A stretch of DNA of 58,102 nt from Candidatus Heimdallarchaeota archaeon (GTDB lineage: Archaea > Asgardarchaeota > Heimdallarchaeia > Heimdallarchaeales > Heimdallarchaeaceae). The position numbers and the translations under genes are program-made. This document shows, in pieces, positions 10,498-20,111 of this stretch (position 1 is its first letter; each line of letters opens with the position of its first letter). The stretch is from positions 1-58,102 of the forward strand of contig JAAFKI010000092.1 of NCBI GenBank assembly GCA_021399345.1, written 5' to 3'. The notes under the pieces are model-generated. The model was not told where the DNA came from, searched no databases, and was given only the letters and a program-made list of their open reading frames with translations.

Positions 10498-10641
10498 ATG
10501 GTTAATGTCTTAGATGCTGTCCTAGGAACAATTGTATTTCTCATTGTGAGTGTAGTACTTTCTTACATAGTCTTTTGGATGTTCAAGTATACAGCTAAAG
10601 AACCAAAAGACGATATTAAAAAAGAGTCGATTGAGAATTAA
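10498..10641 (+). CDS. Unannotated 47-aa single-TM protein
   Basis: Hand-translated MVNVLDAVLGTIVFLIVSVVLSYIVFWMFKYTAKEPKDDIKKESIEN*; below the ORF-track cutoff. Confidence 0.6.
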   Translation: MVNVLDAVLGTIVFLIVSVVLSYIVFWMFKYTAKEPKDDIKKESIEN

Positions 10642-10770
10642 TCATGAGATGAACATAGAATTAAGGATGAAAAACAGTTTGAAGCAAATTTAATAAGGGT
10701 ATCAACATAAAATAAATAGACTAGTCAGTTATTATAAAGACATATACTTCAAAATAAGGGAAGAAAAATA

Positions 10771-11679
10771 ATGAAAAATGAGGAGAACTCAATATCAACT
10801 GGGACAATCTATCTAGAGCAGATATTCAAGATAGCCCAAGACAGGAGATATTCAACAGCTATAGATGTCTGGTCCATTATCCTTGATTCAGAGTTCTCAA
10901 ACAGAAAATATGACAGTTTAGATGGAAAGTCTATTGTGGGAATTACTGCAGCTGATATAGCTACTAGTTTGAATATGCATCTTAGCTCTGTTTATCATAA
11001 TCTCAAAATTCTTCAATCTGATGAATTTGACTTACTCGAAACAGATGAATTAATCATCTACAATGAGAAAGGAAGAAGAGTTAAACAAAAAGTATACAAG
11101 TTACCGAGAATCTATTACGAAGAATTCAGACAAATTCTTAACGAACTTCATCATGAAGGGTTTAGGCCACCTCATAAGAAGTTTACTTTCTTCAACATAC
11201 TTAAAATTAGAGGAATGCTTTCCCATTATGCAGCTTTATTGCACAAAGATAGAGTACTTGTAACAAACGAAGTTGACGAAACTAAGGATTGGTATCTCGA
11301 TTGGATGAACCCTCTTAGATTACGTAACAATATTGTAACTCCTGGAGTTATTTACAAGTTTACACAAGAAGATATGGAAAAAATTCTAGATCAAATTGTT
11401 ACTCTTTTAGAAGATTACACAGATAGTTATAGTGATGAACATGAAGAAAGAGGAATATTACCTGTTTCTTTTACATACTTAGTCTTCGTTCCTTATACCG
11501 AACTAATGAGAAAAGGTGAATGGCTTAATAGAGAAGAGTACGATGAACGGATCGCAGAATCTTCAGCAAAAACCCCCAAAGAGGACTTATTAGAATGTCA
11601 AAAAGACCATGAAACTTTCTTCAGATATGGTTTAGCTTGTCCCGTTTGTGGGAAGAAACCAAAAAATTACAAGCGTTAG
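10771..11679 (+). CDS. Putative winged-HTH regulator with C-terminal Zn ribbon
   Basis: TAADIATSLNMHLSSVYHNLKIL HTH plus wing GRRVKQKVYKL; C-terminal CQKDH...CPVC. Confidence 0.6.
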   Translation: MKNEENSISTGTIYLEQIFKIAQDRRYSTAIDVWSIILDSEFSNRKYDSLDGKSIVGITAADIATSLNMHLSSVYHNLKILQSDEFDLLETDELIIYNEKGRRVKQKVYKLPRIYYEEFRQILNELHHEGFRPPHKKFTFFNILKIRGMLSHYAALLHKDRVLVTNEVDETKDWYLDWMNPLRLRNNIVTPGVIYKFTQEDMEKILDQIVTLLEDYTDSYSDEHEERGILPVSFTYLVFVPYTELMRKGEWLNREEYDERIAESSAKTPKEDLLECQKDHETFFRYGLACPVCGKKPKNYKR

Positions 11680-11682
11680 GTT

Positions 11683-12468
11683 TTAACCCAAAGTCTGACC
11701 AGAATCTATTCTAATTACTTGACCCTGAATATGGTTTGTAGTTAAGAGCAATTTGATGAGAGGGTATATTTCTTCAGGTTTTAGTAATTGGTTCATAGGA
11801 TTTTTATTTTCGATCTTAAGTAAAATATCCTCAAATGAATCACCAGATTCTAGCGCTTTATTTTGGAGCTCATCAATGTGTCTGTCAGTCATAACATATC
11901 CTGGAGCAATTGCGTTTGTGACTATCTTATGTTCTGCTCCTTCTTGAGCAAACGATAAGGTTAAGTTGTGAACAGCAGCTTTCGCAACTCCATAAGGCAT
12001 TTTCTTTTTGGAAGGTTTTAAACCCGTGGTTGAACCAAAAAAGAGTATATTTCCTCCACCTTGCTCTTGCATCCACATATAACCCTCTTTACCCATTAGA
12101 AAGGTTGAATCTAGATTAACAGCTAAAACTTTTCTGAAGTCACTATAACTTACATCTTCAATTGGTTTACTAATCAAACTTCCTCCTACGAAAATGATTA
12201 AGCCATCAATTTTTGGAGTAAGAATTTTTACTTCATTAAAAGCTTCAATAACACTACTTTCAGAGGTGTAATCACACTCTACAAAGTCTATAGAATAACC
12301 ATTTTGATTAAGAATTTCAATGAAATCTTTGCTATTCTTACCACCGATACCTATTACTCGAAAGTAATCCTTAACTAGTTTTTCAGTTACAATTTTGCCA
12401 ATTCCACTTCCTGGTGCTGCAATTAAAATTGTTTTTTGATGATCTTTGGACATTATCTTCAAATACAT
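11683..12468 (-). CDS. SDR family NAD(P)-dependent oxidoreductase
   Basis: GSGIG Rossmann loop, YGVAK (YxxxK), NAIAPG; true start may be a few codons downstream. Confidence 0.85.
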   Translation of the reverse strand: MYLKIMSKDHQKTILIAAPGSGIGKIVTEKLVKDYFRVIGIGGKNSKDFIEILNQNGYSIDFVECDYTSESSVIEAFNEVKILTPKIDGLIIFVGGSLISKPIEDVSYSDFRKVLAVNLDSTFLMGKEGYMWMQEQGGGNILFFGSTTGLKPSKKKMPYGVAKAAVHNLTLSFAQEGAEHKIVTNAIAPGYVMTDRHIDELQNKALESGDSFEDILLKIENKNPMNQLLKPEEIYPLIKLLLTTNHIQGQVIRIDSGQTLG

Positions 12469-12567
12469 TTATTTTACAAGATGTTAAATTTTTTTGTGAA
12501 TCAAATTTAAGGAAAATACTTAAGGAGAAGAAAATAAATGTAAACACACAATCTAATGTGGTTAACC

Positions 12568-13218
12568 ATGGAAACAGAAGTTTTTACTGTAAATATTGAT
12601 CAATTAAACTTGAACAAAATCAGGGATGTAGCTAGTGCAATTACAGATGGTCAAATTGTTGCTTTTCCAACAGATACAATTTATGGGATGGGATGCGATG
12701 TTTTCAACGAGGAAGCGGTTAAGGAATTGTACAAAATAAAAGGACGATCAGCAAATAAACCAATCAATGTTTTGATATCGAGTATTGATCAAGTATATGA
12801 TCTAGCAAAAAATGTTAAACCTTTGTTTTTCACTCTAGCAGAAAAGTTCTGGCCAGGAGCTTTAACAATAATAGTTGAAAAGAATTCAACAGTAAATGAC
12901 GTTGTAACTTCTGGACAAAGTACTGTAGGAGTTCGTTTTCCAGATAACTTAATCGTACAAGAGTTAATTAACATCGCACATACTCCATTAGCTACAACTA
13001 GTGCAAACATATCTGAGGAACCAAGCGCAACTAAGGCTAAAGAGGTTTTAAACTATTTCAATGGTAAAATACCTTACATTATTGATGGAGGAAAAGTAGA
13101 CATTGGTCAGTCTTCAACAATTGTAGACATTTCATCAAAGCCGCCTAGAATTGTTAGACATGGAGCTATACCTTTTGCAGAATTAAAGCCAAATATCAGA
13201 GGATTAAGAAAGGAATAG
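12568..13218 (+). CDS. tsaC: Threonylcarbamoyl-AMP synthase, YrdC/TsaC domain only
   Basis: FPTDTIYG, KGRSANKP, FWPGALT, TSANIS and STIVD motifs; no C-terminal SUA5 domain. Confidence 0.9.
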   Translation: METEVFTVNIDQLNLNKIRDVASAITDGQIVAFPTDTIYGMGCDVFNEEAVKELYKIKGRSANKPINVLISSIDQVYDLAKNVKPLFFTLAEKFWPGALTIIVEKNSTVNDVVTSGQSTVGVRFPDNLIVQELINIAHTPLATTSANISEEPSATKAKEVLNYFNGKIPYIIDGGKVDIGQSSTIVDISSKPPRIVRHGAIPFAELKPNIRGLRKE

Positions 13219-13271
13219 AAGATAAACTGAGTATGTAAAATCTTTTTAAATGACCAAATAAATAGTTAAAG

Positions 13272-13925
13272 TTGATAAAAATGACAATGGAAGTCATATT
13301 CTGGGATGTATGCACTCAGAGAGATTTTATGGAAAAAGATGGGAAGCTTTACGTTCCAGGCGCAGAAAATCTCAAAGAAAACTTGGAAAAACTCACTCAA
13401 TATGCAAGATTAAGCAATATTAGAATTCTTGGATCAGTTGATTTTCATTCAGATACAGACCCTGAAATAGATAAGGAAAACCCTGATTTTTCCAAATCAT
13501 TTCCACCTCACTGTATGCAAAATGATCCGGGTCAAGAAAAGATAATCGAAACCAGATCAGATCTAACCAACTGGATTGACCCTATAGCATATCCTGAGAA
13601 GAAATTAGTTGAAGCTCTAGAAGCCAAAGGTCCTATCATGTTTAGAAAATCAGAATTTAGTGCTTTTTCAAACCCTAATTTAATGCCTTTATTAGGAATA
13701 ATTAAGCCAAAGAAGGTGATCATTTATGGAGTTGCTATAGATTTCGGTTTACGAACAGCTATTGAAGGGTTCTTAAATTTTGGAAATCTCGAAATCTATT
13801 TGGTGATTGATGCAATAGAAGGGGTCGACGAGGAAAAATCATTAAAATTGATTGAAGATTGGATTCAAGAAGGGGTTTATACAACTTCAACTTTAGCTAT
13901 CTTACAAGGTCATCTCTACGACTGA
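13272..13925 (+). CDS. Isochorismatase/nicotinamidase (PncA-like) family protein
   Basis: DVCTQRDF, DFH, FPPHC, RKSEFSAF; nucleophile region reads GVAIDFGL (no Cys). Confidence 0.8.
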   Translation: MIKMTMEVIFWDVCTQRDFMEKDGKLYVPGAENLKENLEKLTQYARLSNIRILGSVDFHSDTDPEIDKENPDFSKSFPPHCMQNDPGQEKIIETRSDLTNWIDPIAYPEKKLVEALEAKGPIMFRKSEFSAFSNPNLMPLLGIIKPKKVIIYGVAIDFGLRTAIEGFLNFGNLEIYLVIDAIEGVDEEKSLKLIEDWIQEGVYTTSTLAILQGHLYD

Positions 13926-13928
13926 AAA

Positions 13929-14270
13929 TCAGAAAGTGAGTTGATACCAACCATCCTTTAGCATTTCAGTTACATAGGTCCCCACATATCGGACATCTAT
14001 GCCTATTTTCTCTAGTTCATCACTTACGCCAAAATTATCACTACAAGCTTTGCAAGCTATTACTTCTACTCCTGCTACCAGTAATAACATGACTTGTTCT
14101 TGAAATTCTTTATCCTCAACAACCATTTTTTCAGTTGGACCCCAGAGAACTACTCTAACTTCATCCATCCATCCTTGTTTCTTTGAGTTGAATGCATATG
14201 GAAAACTTAATTCTCTATGAACAACATTATCAGCACTACTCAATATCATAAATACTCTATGCATAAACAT
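13929..14270 (-). CDS. DsrE-family protein
   Basis: VRVVLWGP and VIACKACSD motifs, 113 aa. Confidence 0.7.
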   Translation of the reverse strand: MFMHRVFMILSSADNVVHRELSFPYAFNSKKQGWMDEVRVVLWGPTEKMVVEDKEFQEQVMLLLVAGVEVIACKACSDNFGVSDELEKIGIDVRYVGTYVTEMLKDGWYQLTF

Positions 14271-14395
14271 TATTCAAAACCTCTGAGTTATAATTGTTGA
14301 CATGTAGCAAAAGACTAATTCGTCACAAAAAAAATTAATCCACCAATTAGTTCAACTTCAAGTTCACAAGTAAAACTGAACATTAATTTCTTCGT

Positions 14396-14578
14396 TTATA
14401 CCCTTTTTTTTATATCAAAAGAATATTTTTCTTTATCTATCCAAGGGCAAGCAACACAATCATCACAAGAACCACTGCAACTCCCTTGAGACAAAAAAAA
14501 TCTAGTAAGACGTCTTCTAATCTTTATCCAAAATGAAACCTTCACAACATTCTGTTCTTGAGTACTCATACAAATCAT
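14396..14578 (-). CDS. FeoB-associated small Cys-rich protein
   Basis: SCSGSCDDCVACP; starts 1 nt after the feoB stop. Confidence 0.6.
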   Translation of the reverse strand: MICMSTQEQNVVKVSFWIKIRRRLTRFFLSQGSCSGSCDDCVACPWIDKEKYSFDIKKRV

Positions 14579-14579
14579 C

Positions 14580-16760
14580 CTACATAATTGCTGAAAATAT
14601 TTGAAATACGATTATTGTTAAAATCGACGTAACAATCAAAGGATAGAAGAAACCAACTGCAGTTAGTTTCCAACTTTTAGTTTCAGATTTTATTACAGCA
14701 ATAGTTGCAAAACAAGGAGCATAAGTTAGTTGGAACAACAAGAAGGATATAACCTGGGGTATGGTCCATAATACTTTAGTTATTCCGCCTGGATAAAGGA
14801 TACTCAAAGCTGATATAATTACTTCTTTTGCTGGAATACCGAATATTAATGGTACAACCATCTTCCAACTAAATCCAAAGAGTGGAATTGTTATTGCTTC
14901 TAGTCCCCTTCCAAGGAATTCAGCTATGGAAACTTTAGTAACTATCACAGGACTCATTCCAACATAAAGTAAAACAGTATTCTCCGTTGGTTTAACATAA
15001 GGAACATTACTAAGGAACCAGATTACTAAGGAAGCGACAAAGATGAATGTACCTGCTTTTTTTAGGAATATTCCAGTTCTTTCCCAAGTAAGATTCATTA
15101 CACTTCTAAATCTTGGGCGACGGTATTCAGGAAGTTCAAGAATTAAAGGAAGTGGATCATCACTTTCATAGAACAATTTGAATATGAGACCAGTTAACAG
15201 AACTAACAAAATACTAACACCATACAATAGAAGCATGATAATTGCTGCTAGCCAAGGTTGAAAGAATATTCCAGTTAGAAATGCAATCACACCTAGTCTT
15301 GCAGCACATGGAATGAATGAATTAGCGATAATCATCGTTGTTCTTTCTCTTTTGTTTTTAATAGTTCTAGTAGCCATCACTCCAGCAACATTGCAACCAA
15401 AACCCATGATGAGACTAAGAAAAGCTGAACCTTGCATGCCAAATTTTCCCATTACTTTATCCATCAAATATGCAGATCGTGCCAGGTAGCCTGAATCCTC
15501 TAGTATTGCTATTAGAGCATAGAAAATAGCAATTATTGGTAAGAACAATAAAACAGCAGCAATACCTGCAATTACTCCATTAACTAATAAACTGTTAAGA
15601 AAAGCAGGACTGTTAATACTCTCTAAGGATGTCAATACCCAAGAAGAAAATTGTACAAATACCCAATCAATTCCAGTGATTATTGGCGATGAAGCGTAAA
15701 AGGTTATTAAGAAAAATGCCGCAAAAATAACAATAAGGATTAGATATCCCCAGGATTTATGTAGAAGAGTTTTGTCTATTCTATCACTTGTAGTCTCTTT
15801 GAAATCTTCATATCCAGAAACAGCAGAATAGACGATTTGATGTAAAGCACCATATTTTCTCTTAGAGATTTCAACAGCTGGATCAAATTGCTCTTCTTTG
15901 GCTAGTTTCTCAATCTTGTTTTCAATATCAGCTAAGTCATATTCTTTAGCTAATTCATCTTTAACAATCCGATCACCTTCAAGAATTCTAAATGCTACCC
16001 ATCGTGTAGGATATTCACTAAGTAATTTCCTATCGGCAATTTGAATGGAAATGTTCTGTATCATATACTCAATTTTTTGCGAATACATCATAATTGCAGG
16101 AGTAAAGGTGTATTTCTTGGTGTGTAAAGAATCATAAATGAATTTCTTGATTCTTATGATACTCTCATCCTCATAAGCACAAACATATAGAACTGGAACA
16201 CCAAGTTTTTCTTCAAGAAGTCCAACATCTAAATTTATACATTCCTTTTCTGCAATATCTTTCATATTAATGATAATGGCAACATTATTGGTTAGTTCCA
16301 TCGCTTGAAGAGCTATGAAAAGAGTTCGTTCCAGCCGAGTAGCATCAGCTATAACACATATAAGATCAGGTTGTTCGTCAACAATGAAATGACGAGTAAC
16401 CAATTCTTCTTCAGACCGAGCAGAAAGAGAATATGCACCGGGTAGATCAACTAAAGAGAAGTATTCATCAGATAGAATAAAATGACCTTCTTTCTTCTCT
16501 ACTGTTTTTCCAGGCCAATTTCCTACGTGAACATGTGACCCACTTAAGATATTAAAAAGAGAAGATTTTCCAACATTGGGATTACCCAAAAAAGCAATCT
16601 TATGTTCTATAGAGTGGTCATTAAAATCTTTTTTAAAACCTCTTCCATAACGTTTGGAATATTTAGTTTCATTTGTTAATCCCAATTTAGGTTTCATAGC
16701 CCTACTTCTGTGTCTATGAAAGCGGCTTCTCTTTCCACAATGAGGACATTGTTTAGGCAT
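14580..16760 (-). CDS. feoB: Ferrous iron transporter FeoB
   Basis: GNPNVGKS, VGNWPGKTV, DLPGAYSL GTPase motifs; LEDSGYLAR, GFGCNV and IPCAAR in the membrane domain. Confidence 0.97.
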   Translation of the reverse strand: MPKQCPHCGKRSRFHRHRSRAMKPKLGLTNETKYSKRYGRGFKKDFNDHSIEHKIAFLGNPNVGKSSLFNILSGSHVHVGNWPGKTVEKKEGHFILSDEYFSLVDLPGAYSLSARSEEELVTRHFIVDEQPDLICVIADATRLERTLFIALQAMELTNNVAIIINMKDIAEKECINLDVGLLEEKLGVPVLYVCAYEDESIIRIKKFIYDSLHTKKYTFTPAIMMYSQKIEYMIQNISIQIADRKLLSEYPTRWVAFRILEGDRIVKDELAKEYDLADIENKIEKLAKEEQFDPAVEISKRKYGALHQIVYSAVSGYEDFKETTSDRIDKTLLHKSWGYLILIVIFAAFFLITFYASSPIITGIDWVFVQFSSWVLTSLESINSPAFLNSLLVNGVIAGIAAVLLFLPIIAIFYALIAILEDSGYLARSAYLMDKVMGKFGMQGSAFLSLIMGFGCNVAGVMATRTIKNKRERTTMIIANSFIPCAARLGVIAFLTGIFFQPWLAAIIMLLLYGVSILLVLLTGLIFKLFYESDDPLPLILELPEYRRPRFRSVMNLTWERTGIFLKKAGTFIFVASLVIWFLSNVPYVKPTENTVLLYVGMSPVIVTKVSIAEFLGRGLEAITIPLFGFSWKMVVPLIFGIPAKEVIISALSILYPGGITKVLWTIPQVISFLLFQLTYAPCFATIAVIKSETKSWKLTAVGFFYPLIVTSILTIIVFQIFSAIM

Positions 16761-16765
16761 AATAC

Positions 16766-16987
16766 TCAGACTTCTATTTTTCCAGCTAATCCTCTTCCTA
16801 TAGCGACACGAGTCCCTTTTACTTCTACAATTACTGGACCTATATCATTTTTAACTATTCGGATTTTTTCTCCCTCATGAATTCCAAGATCAGCTAAGAA
16901 TCGAATAGCTTTGAATCCCGCTTTGATGACTTTAACAGTCGCTACAGCATTTTCGGGTTTATCAATCAAGGAATCATTTTGCGACAA
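16766..16987 (-). CDS. feoA: FeoA
   Basis: 73 aa, FLADLGI..G..I..GPVIVEVKGTRVAIGRG; TTG start with GAGGT RBS. Confidence 0.92.
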   Translation of the reverse strand: MSQNDSLIDKPENAVATVKVIKAGFKAIRFLADLGIHEGEKIRIVKNDIGPVIVEVKGTRVAIGRGLAGKIEV

Positions 16988-17015
16988 TGCAATACCTCAT
17001 TTTTTGAAAGAAAAT

Positions 17016-17033
17016 TTTTGGACACGTCCAAAA
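17016..17033. promoter_or_regulatory. Palindromic operator upstream of feoAB (candidate DtxR/MDR1-type site)
   Basis: TTTTGGAC-AC-GTCCAAAA, a perfect 8-bp inverted repeat between the TATA-like TTTTATAAAA (17064-17073) and the feoA start. Confidence 0.6.
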
Positions 17034-17156
17034 TTTTAAGTTAGTGGTTTTTCTGTGAAAGGATTTTATAAAACTATCGTTTGAGACTGTAAATTTTGGA
17101 TGTAGAAAAGTTTTATCCAAATCTAATGAAAAAGAGAATAAAAAGAAAAGAGGAAA

Positions 17157-17861
17157 TTAGAAAATAGGATTCGCAAGAGGATGAAGATCAATTGAACCAG
17201 CAGTACCGTCTATGATGTAGGTTGAATTTAACCCTAAATCAGTCCACCAATTACCACTAGCTGTTACTACGTTGTACCAATTATTCGAATTTCCATTATC
17301 GATTGCTTGAGTTCCTCCACCTACATTATTATCTATGAAATCATTAGAATATACAGATATATCAGTAGCTGTAGAACTTAGAACAATACTATAATCTTGG
17401 CCTAAACTGAATTGATTATCTGTAATTGTACAGTTATTTGTTTCTATGATTCGAATAGCAACTGTATTGTTAATAAAAATATTACCTTGAATTAAGCCTG
17501 TTCCTTGAGTTACATTTTCAAGAAGAATGCCAACATTAACAGTGTTAGAAATATTGCAAGCGCTAATATTGAAATATTTGGAAGTGTTTTTAATCACAAT
17601 GCCTTTATCTACGCCTGTATCGAGAGTTAAACCCTCTATAATGTATGGATTAAGAGCAGTACCTTCTCCAGCTAAATCATATAAAGCAAAATCTTCATCT
17701 GATTCTATTAATATATTAATTATTGGTTCGCCTGGACCAGCACCACGGAAACTAAGTACCAAAATTGTGGCAAAAAGACCAATAAGAACGAAACCATAGA
17801 AAACTTTGACATAGTTCATGTTTTTAAAATCTATTTTAAATCTCTTACTCATACTTCTCAC
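17157..17861 (-). CDS. Membrane-anchored right-handed beta-helix (NosD/CASH-like) protein
   Basis: G.GT..NPYIIE N-cap, Asn-rich GI.L..N repeats, GNWW..D.HPL C-cap. Confidence 0.8.
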   Translation of the reverse strand: MRSMSKRFKIDFKNMNYVKVFYGFVLIGLFATILVLSFRGAGPGEPIINILIESDEDFALYDLAGEGTALNPYIIEGLTLDTGVDKGIVIKNTSKYFNISACNISNTVNVGILLENVTQGTGLIQGNIFINNTVAIRIIETNNCTITDNQFSLGQDYSIVLSSTATDISVYSNDFIDNNVGGGTQAIDNGNSNNWYNVVTASGNWWTDLGLNSTYIIDGTAGSIDLHPLANPIF

Positions 17862-18235
17862 ATTTCACTGCTTAATGAAGTAAACTCGTCAATTTACTGA
17901 AAATAAGTTTTAATGTATCTCTTAAAAACATATCTAGTTTAGTTAAGATTTCCAAGTTAAATCATTACCTTCCCTTTGTATGGTTTAGATTTCCATGGGG
18001 TTCTTTTCATAACTTTTTTAACAATTGTTTCCTCATGAGTAGTGGGTTACAAGTAGTGTTCATAGTTAATCACATACCATAATAGCCACTTTTATTATAG
18101 TGTTAACAATGTGGGGTTAATTAAAATTGAGAGATTAATGCAAAACATTTTTATTTTAAACAGCTACTGTACATGGTTCAAGAAATTTTGTTTAGAATTG
18201 AATAAAATAAAAGATTAACAAAATAGGTTGTTATT

Positions 18236-20008
18236 ATGAAAAAGAAAAAAAAGAAACTATCTATTAGCTTAAGTGTTCTCATTATTGGTTTTTTAATAAG
18301 CACTTCTTCGCTAAATGTTCTTAGCACAAAAGCTCTACTAGAGGAAAAACAAAATCAATACAAAATGAATTCCTTTGATGGAATTACTTGGAAATGGAAT
18401 ATAACTGAGGTGGTTTCCACCGAAAGTATAGCAGATTCTCACATTCCTTCTCTTGCATTAGATTCTGCAAGCAACTTGCATATAGTGTGGTGTGATGTAA
18501 CTAACTATGCTGGGAGTGGAACAGATATAGATATTTTCTATAAGCGATGTGATGCATCTACCGCCTTATGGACAACAACAGAGGTCGTTTCTACAGAGAG
18601 TACCGCTGATTCTTGGAACCCCTCTCTTGCGGTGGATTTTGCAGGTAATCTTCATGTAGCTTGGTATGATTATACTGATTATGCTGGGAGTGGAACAGAT
18701 ATAGATATTTTCTACAAATGCTGGAACGCTTCTTCCTCCTCGTGGACAACAACAAAAGTTGTCTCCACCGAAAGTACAGGTGTTTCTTACGCTCCTTCTC
18801 TTGCTGTAGACAATTTAGGGGATGTTCACATATCGTGGCATGATACTACTGATTATACTGGAGCTGGAACGGATGCAGATATTTTCTACAAGCTTTGGGA
18901 CGCTTCTATTTCCAATTGGACCATTACAGAAGTCATTTCCACAGAAAGTACAGGCAAATCTTACCACCCTTCTCTTGCTGCAGACAATATAGGGAATGTG
19001 CACATAACATGGAATGATCAAACTAATTATGCTGGTGCTGGAACAGATTGGGATATTTTTTACAAACATTGGAACGCTTCTACATCATTATGGACCACGA
19101 CAGAGGTTGTTTCAACTGAAAGTACAGATCTGTCTGATTTTCCTTCTCTTGCTGTAGACAATTTAGGGAATACGCATATAGCGTGGAGTGATGAAACTAA
19201 TTATGCTAGCAGTGGTATATATCCTGATATTTTCTACAAACGCTGGGACGCTTCTAACTCTTCATGGACCATTACAGAAGTCATTTCCACAGAAAGAACT
19301 GGAGCGAACAAATCTTACACCCCTTCTCTTGCATTAGATTCTGCAAGCAATGTGCATATAGTGTGGCGCGATGACACTAATTATGCTGGCTGTGGACCAT
19401 ATTGGGATATTTTCTACAAACGATGGGACGCTTCTTCCTCCTCATGGACCATTACAGAAGTCGTTTCCACAGAAAGTACAATTGATTCTTATAATCCTTC
19501 TCTTGCTGTAGATTCTGCTGATAATTTACATATAGCTTGGTATGATCATACTAATTATGCTGGATCAGGATCTGATTGGGATATTTTCTATAAACTTTTC
19601 GCAGGTCCTTCTGTTGCTCCTGCCACTGCTCCTAAATTAGCCTTCATTGTCCCTAATCCAACTGAACTCAATACGATTTATCTCGATTGGAATAATATAC
19701 TAAGAGCAACGACTTACTCTGTTTATCGTTCCACTTCTTGCATCTGTTCTGTGGAAGGATTCAGTCCCATTATCACTGTTTCCTCCAGTGAATATATGGA
19801 TACTGTCCCTTCTGAAGGACTCTACTTCTATGTTGTTGTTGCTGAAAACTTTGCTGGGAACAGCTCTCCCTCTAATTGTCAATATGTCTACTTTGAACCA
19901 TTAGCTCTAACTCCAACTGAAGAAACAAGTATAGGAATTAAGGTAATAGGAATAATGATAGTTTTCGGATTTGTTTCTCTAATCTTTAAGAAAAAGAAAA
20001 TAATTTGA
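18236..20008 (+). CDS. Secreted 7-repeat (likely beta-propeller) protein with FN3-like domain and C-terminal TM anchor
   Basis: Signal peptide, 7 x ~58-aa repeats, LDW..Y.VYRS..Y.D..G.YFYVVVAEN FN3 pattern, hydrophobic tail plus KKKK. Confidence 0.85.
   Translation: MKKKKKKLSISLSVLIIGFLISTSSLNVLSTKALLEEKQNQYKMNSFDGITWKWNITEVVSTESIADSHIPSLALDSASNLHIVWCDVTNYAGSGTDIDIFYKRCDASTALWTTTEVVSTESTADSWNPSLAVDFAGNLHVAWYDYTDYAGSGTDIDIFYKCWNASSSSWTTTKVVSTESTGVSYAPSLAVDNLGDVHISWHDTTDYTGAGTDADIFYKLWDASISNWTITEVISTESTGKSYHPSLAADNIGNVHITWNDQTNYAGAGTDWDIFYKHWNASTSLWTTTEVVSTESTDLSDFPSLAVDNLGNTHIAWSDETNYASSGIYPDIFYKRWDASNSSWTITEVISTERTGANKSYTPSLALDSASNVHIVWRDDTNYAGCGPYWDIFYKRWDASSSSWTITEVVSTESTIDSYNPSLAVDSADNLHIAWYDHTNYAGSGSDWDIFYKLFAGPSVAPATAPKLAFIVPNPTELNTIYLDWNNILRATTYSVYRSTSCICSVEGFSPIITVSSSEYMDTVPSEGLYFYVVVAENFAGNSSPSNCQYVYFEPLALTPTEETSIGIKVIGIMIVFGFVSLIFKKKKII
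18395..19594 (+). repeat. Intragenic tandem repeat, 7 units of ~174 bp
   Basis: Unit consensus WTxTEVVSTESxxxSxxPSLAxDxxxNxHIxWxDxTNYAGxGxDxDIFYKxWxAS; unit 6 has a 2-aa insertion. Confidence 0.95.
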
Positions 20009-20111
20009 ATCTGGCTTATTGCTAGATTTTTTTTATTTCTTACAAGGATATTGTCTTGAAAAGGTTTATAACATCTAATTACTCATTATCTATACATATC
20101 GAGGGAAAAAA

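Noticed and set aside
18395-19594. Regular ~174-bp repeats as a CRISPR array or DGR template/variable pair
   Set aside because: Units are in-frame coding repeats without unique spacers; no cas or reverse transcriptase gene in the window; differences are not obviously adenine-specific.
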